Position numbers and translations under genes: made by a program. A stretch of 64,000 bases of DNA from contig JAEOTP010000016.1 in NCBI GenBank assembly GCA_016839765.1, positions 32,001 to 96,000 of the forward strand, written 5' to 3'. This document shows, one piece after another, positions 60,278 to 64,000 of this stretch. How positions within the stretch are numbered: position 1 is the first letter of the stretch; the number at the start of each line of letters is the position of its first letter. The notes under the pieces were generated by a model. That model made no database searches. It worked only from the letters and a program-made list of their open reading frames with translations, and was not told the origin of the DNA. This stretch comes from Promethearchaeota archaeon. GTDB taxonomy: Archaea; Asgardarchaeota; Lokiarchaeia; Sigyniarchaeales; SOKP01.

Positions 60278-60988
60278 TTATTCTTTTGTTTTATTTACTT
60301 CAATAATAAGCTTGTCTCCATCTTTCAAGTTGAAGTAATCTCTCAAATAAGGTTTAGCTAAAATTTCTACCACATTTTTTTTATGATGGGTTCGTTTTAT
60401 ATCGAGTATTGCTGCTTTACGACGATTATTCTTGTTATCAAATCTGTAAATGTACACATCATAACATTTTACAGGGCCATATTCTCTTTCTTGATTTTTA
60501 AATCCATTAATAATTACAGGTCTAATATGATGCAGTTTTTCTCTTAAAATTGAATTATCTGTATCACTCAACTTCAAATTGAGTGTCCCCTTATAAGGTT
60601 CAAATCCCAATCTTTTTTTAAATTGATCAAAATAACCTTTAATAGCCACATAATAACCTCCCTCATGTATTCCTTCAATTACTTCCCCTACAATCAATAT
60701 AGATTCGAGAAGTTCCTTCAGATTTTTATATATATTAAGCATTACGCTTGCTCCCACTTTTGTAATCGAGATTTTCTGTGTTTTACCTTCACTTCTTCTT
60801 TTAATCCAGCCTAAATCTTCTAAATCTTTAATTCTTCGACTTCCAGTTTGTTGGCTTAAGCCTAATAATTCTCCAAATTCTACGCTACTGATATTAATAG
60901 ACCTTCTATCTTTTGTTAGTCGACAAAGTTCAAAAAGAGCAAACCAATTTGCATAATTTTCAGGGGTGATCTCTTCATTTTTTTTCAT
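60278..60988 (-). CDS. ribK: CTP-dependent riboflavin kinase with N-terminal HTH (RbkR-type)
   Basis: SQQTGSRRIKDLE HTH; GIHEGGYYV, PYKGTLN, RTHH, LRDYFNLKDGD. Confidence 0.92.
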   Translation of the reverse strand: MKKNEEITPENYANWFALFELCRLTKDRRSINISSVEFGELLGLSQQTGSRRIKDLEDLGWIKRRSEGKTQKISITKVGASVMLNIYKNLKELLESILIVGEVIEGIHEGGYYVAIKGYFDQFKKRLGFEPYKGTLNLKLSDTDNSILREKLHHIRPVIINGFKNQEREYGPVKCYDVYIYRFDNKNNRRKAAILDIKRTHHKKNVVEILAKPYLRDYFNLKDGDKLIIEVNKTKE

Positions 60989-60999
60989 TAAATATGCAA

Positions 61000-61443
61000 C
61001 TATTTATTTTCTTTGTAAGTTTTAATAATTTTTCTTTTTATTAAACTAGAAGAATGCAACGCATATTTATCATAATATGATTTCATTCTTTTTACTTCTA
61101 TATGGTTTAATCCTTTTTTTTTCAATCCCTCTTTTAAAGTATTAAGATCATACTTTTGATCTGGACCCAATAAAATAATGTCAGGATTAATCTCTTCAAC
61201 TGTTTTAAGAGTATCATTATCACTTCTTCCTAATCTAGCTTCTTTTACATTTTTAATATTTTTTACAACTTCTAATCTCTGTTGTTCTGGAATTACAGGA
61301 CGTTCACCTGAATATAATTCCCGATTATTATCTGTAGCAACAATTACATATACATCTCCGATTTTTGCTGCCTCATTAAATAAGAATATATGACCTGGAT
61401 GGATTATATCAAAAGTTCCAGCAACTAATACTTTCTTTTTCAT
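61000..61443 (-). CDS. ribL: FAD synthase (archaeal)
   Basis: AGTFDIIHPGH, PDIILLGPDQ, SSSLIK; adjacent to ribK. Confidence 0.85.
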   Translation of the reverse strand: MKKKVLVAGTFDIIHPGHIFLFNEAAKIGDVYVIVATDNNRELYSGERPVIPEQQRLEVVKNIKNVKEARLGRSDNDTLKTVEEINPDIILLGPDQKYDLNTLKEGLKKKGLNHIEVKRMKSYYDKYALHSSSLIKRKIIKTYKENK

Positions 61444-61465
61444 TTTAAAACCTATTTTCTAATAT

Positions 61466-63025
61466 TCATTTAATTACATTAAACGAAAGACCGATAAAAA
61501 CAGGTCCTCTAATATCAATTTTTTTTTGTTTAGAGTGAATATACTCTAGTACAACATCATCTACCTCTAAATTCACTTCAGAAGCACGATAACACATTTT
61601 TATTCTATGTTCATAAGAAGTTTTATTTTGATCTAATAGAATTTCTATATTATAAGCCATTTCTGAAGCGATAGCTTCAAGGTAATTTTTATTTGTGTTG
61701 ATTGCATTTTCAGGAATTTCATTTGGAGGTAATCCTATAATATTTCCATCTTGTACCCATATCTTATTAAGGGAGGCAGGGCCTAACAATTTTACATTTT
61801 TATCTTTTTCCCATATAAATACAGCAATCCTCTTATTTTTTATGATTCCTTCCCAAACCTTTATTTCTATGGGAGATTTTTCATCCTTGCTATTCAAAGC
61901 GGTTTGTAAAATTGCATTTTTGATTTCAATTCCTTTTTCAGTTAAAGGAATATATTTATAGTTAATTGATCTACTGATTTCTTCATCTGAAAATGCAATA
62001 TCTTCATAAAAGTAAGGATATACTAATTTTCTAATGTCTTCAATTTCAGTTTTTATCATACAAATTCTTTCAACACCAAAACCAATATTAAAAACAGGAT
62101 ACTGAATGTTATATTGTGCTAAACTTACAGGAGAATAAAATCCTCCATCTCCAATTTCGATCCATTCTTTAGTTTTAGGATGTTCTACAAATATTTCAAA
62201 CTCAGTTTGAGGAGCATAATACTTTGATGTGGCTTTCTTAATATCTGATTTATTATTTTTAAACCCCATTTCTTCACATATATCAGATGCAATATTCTGA
62301 CAATCTTCCAGGGAAATTTCTTCTGCCATGATAACTAAAGATAATGTATTAGAACAATATAGATGAGTGGCATCAATTTTTTGTTCTCGGCGAAATTTAG
62401 GGCAAATTGAAAAATATTGAAGTGGAAGGGACTTTTTTTTCTGCAATTCATTTAATACTAAAAACCATAAAGCCGTAGTATGGCTTCTGAGTGTAGTTTT
62501 TGTAGGTATTGGTTTTAAATTTTTCAATTCTGGAAAAACTTTATCAATAATTTCGGTGGCTTCAGACTCTTCAACTTCTAACCTTTCAATAAAGGTTTCA
62601 ATTAAATCATCAGCTTCAATTTCTCCTTTTTTATATGCTCTAAAGATATTTTTTAATACATCAATTTTATTAAAATTTGGAATTATTTTCTTTAAAAAAT
62701 TGATTTTTTCATTTGAAATTCCAATATCTGGGCGAGGTAAACCCGCTAAAAAAAATAATCTATCAAGAATTAAAGCAGCTTCAGGGCCATATTGCTTATA
62801 AATTTCACTTTCCTCGACAAACATTGGTAAAATTAGTTCTTCAAACCCTAGAGAGATCATCTTTTTCCTTGCATTAAAGATAAAGTCGTTTACAATGTGG
62901 CTTTTACCCTTTTTCACTAAATTAAAATAGTTGCCTTTTAGCTTCAAAAGGTTTTTCGTCTCAAGCCATGCTTTCTCATAGTTTATCTTGCTTTCATGTT
63001 TTATTTTTTCAGTTTCAAAAGGCAT
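61466..63025 (-). CDS. sepS: O-phosphoseryl-tRNA(Cys) synthetase
   Basis: YKQYGPEAALILDRLFFLAGLPRPDIG, YKKGEIEADDL, TLRSHT, FRREQ..DATHL, SKYYAPQTE, KLLGPA, IDIRGPVF. Confidence 0.92.
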   Translation of the reverse strand: MPFETEKIKHESKINYEKAWLETKNLLKLKGNYFNLVKKGKSHIVNDFIFNARKKMISLGFEELILPMFVEESEIYKQYGPEAALILDRLFFLAGLPRPDIGISNEKINFLKKIIPNFNKIDVLKNIFRAYKKGEIEADDLIETFIERLEVEESEATEIIDKVFPELKNLKPIPTKTTLRSHTTALWFLVLNELQKKKSLPLQYFSICPKFRREQKIDATHLYCSNTLSLVIMAEEISLEDCQNIASDICEEMGFKNNKSDIKKATSKYYAPQTEFEIFVEHPKTKEWIEIGDGGFYSPVSLAQYNIQYPVFNIGFGVERICMIKTEIEDIRKLVYPYFYEDIAFSDEEISRSINYKYIPLTEKGIEIKNAILQTALNSKDEKSPIEIKVWEGIIKNKRIAVFIWEKDKNVKLLGPASLNKIWVQDGNIIGLPPNEIPENAINTNKNYLEAIASEMAYNIEILLDQNKTSYEHRIKMCYRASEVNLEVDDVVLEYIHSKQKKIDIRGPVFIGLSFNVIK

Positions 63026-63052
63026 TGGTATCGTTATAGAGATTTTTCTATT

Positions 63053-63676
63053 TTATTTATTAAATTTGACATTGTTTTCTATGCATGTTTTTAATTCATT
63101 CATTTGTAGAGAAATTGAAATATCTCCTCGTGTTTTTTCGATTATACCTCTTGCTCTATCTGTTTTTTGTCTTAGATCCTGAGTTAATCCAGGAGGATAA
63201 TCAATTGCAAATAAATAAGAATAAATTTCGTCCATAGTTTCTAAAATTTTATTTAAATCTTGAATCTGTGAATTTCTAATATTATCTAATGCATATCTTC
63301 TTAATTCTCCAATAACATCGGCTAAACCGAATGCATAATTCAATGGATTAATATTCAATTCGCTAGGTTTTGGTAATTCTTTATTGGCTACAATTGAATA
63401 GAAGGTTACTGCTTCAGCATATTCTTGCTCAGGAGTTTTTAAATACTTAAAAAATGCTCCAGGATTACTTTTTACAATTGAAACGAGTTTTTCATGAACA
63501 CGTTTAATATTTATTAATTTCTCATGATATTGATCATATTCTTTTCTATGAATATTTTTAATTGCAATACTACAATCGCGAATAATTGTTCGAGAAATTT
63601 TTAATATTTCTTCACGGTCTAGATCTAATTTATCTAATGCTAGTATGAGTTCTGAAAAAATGTTTTTAAGATTCAT
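63053..63676 (-). CDS. Translin/TRAX family protein
   Basis: REEILKISR, QEYAEA, GLADVIGELRR, LRQKTD. Confidence 0.88.
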   Translation of the reverse strand: MNLKNIFSELILALDKLDLDREEILKISRTIIRDCSIAIKNIHRKEYDQYHEKLINIKRVHEKLVSIVKSNPGAFFKYLKTPEQEYAEAVTFYSIVANKELPKPSELNINPLNYAFGLADVIGELRRYALDNIRNSQIQDLNKILETMDEIYSYLFAIDYPPGLTQDLRQKTDRARGIIEKTRGDISISLQMNELKTCIENNVKFNK

Positions 63677-63802
63677 TCTAATAGATAACTATTTTAGTAA
63701 TAATTAATTTGAATTTTAAATATAATAAATTATCAAAAGCTAGAAAAATATTTAGAATTTTTTGTTAGAGATTTCATAATTAAATAACCAATCAAGATAA
63801 CA

Positions 63803-64000
63803 ATGAAAATTTTATTAATTCATTCAGATGGTGTAAAAGTTGTTAAGAATAAACCTGCCACAAGTGAGCCACAAGAATTTCCAGAAGATATAATCGAGAT
63901 GAAGGGTTTAATCCTTGTTGCTTATGTTTCAGTTGAAGATCAGGATACTTATGATACAGATTTGATTTCAAAGCAGGGAGCTGATGTAATTGAAGAAGCT
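63803..64000 (+). CDS. thrS: Archaeal threonyl-tRNA synthetase N-terminal editing domain (3' partial)
   Basis: MKILLIHSD...LVAYVSVEDQD; frame open to the window end. Confidence 0.8.
   Translation, partial: MKILLIHSDGVKVVKNKPATSEPQEFPEDIIEMKGLILVAYVSVEDQDTYDTDLISKQGADVIEEA

Noticed and set aside
2094-63182. Many 60-140 aa ORFs in the track that lie antisense to or nested in long genes (e.g. 6347..6766, 11112..11456, 31739..32110, 49084..49512)
   Set aside because: They are shadow frames of well-supported genes, with atypical composition and no motifs.
1-64000. CRISPR arrays, rRNA, IS/transposases, integrases, selenoprotein TGA readthrough
   Set aside because: None recognised by eye; small structured RNAs could have been missed without covariance-model searches.

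Overview
This is an AT-rich, gene-dense archaeal chromosomal segment. It most resembles Asgard archaea (Lokiarchaeia-like). The evidence is an archaeal histone, roadblock and longin proteins, PCI-like winged-helix proteins, proteasome beta, Rps8e/SRP19, SepRS, RibK/RibL, an archaeal ThrRS N-terminus, and two tRNAs with non-canonical BHB introns. No mobile element, CRISPR array or rRNA was seen. The best candidate for an undescribed system is the tightly coupled operon at 1-5639. It encodes (i) a glycosylated prenyltransferase-like alpha/alpha-barrel ectodomain joined by one TM helix to an intact ABC ATPase, (ii) a tandem UBC/UEV-like domain fused to a catalytically dead ABC ATPase, and (iii) a longin domain fused to TM helices. 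Other notable items are a 1468-aa tail-anchored barrel/coiled-coil/PCI scaffold, an NPRL2-like longin-WH protein, an adaptin-ear-like protein, a split clan CD peptidase, and a divergent ALDH flanked by paralogous SCP2-like genes. Manual reading also found several ORFs missed by the track, apparent ATA/ATT/CTG starts, an amber-interrupted surface-protein gene and a small-GTPase C-terminal remnant. All family calls come from motif recognition by eye; no searches were run.
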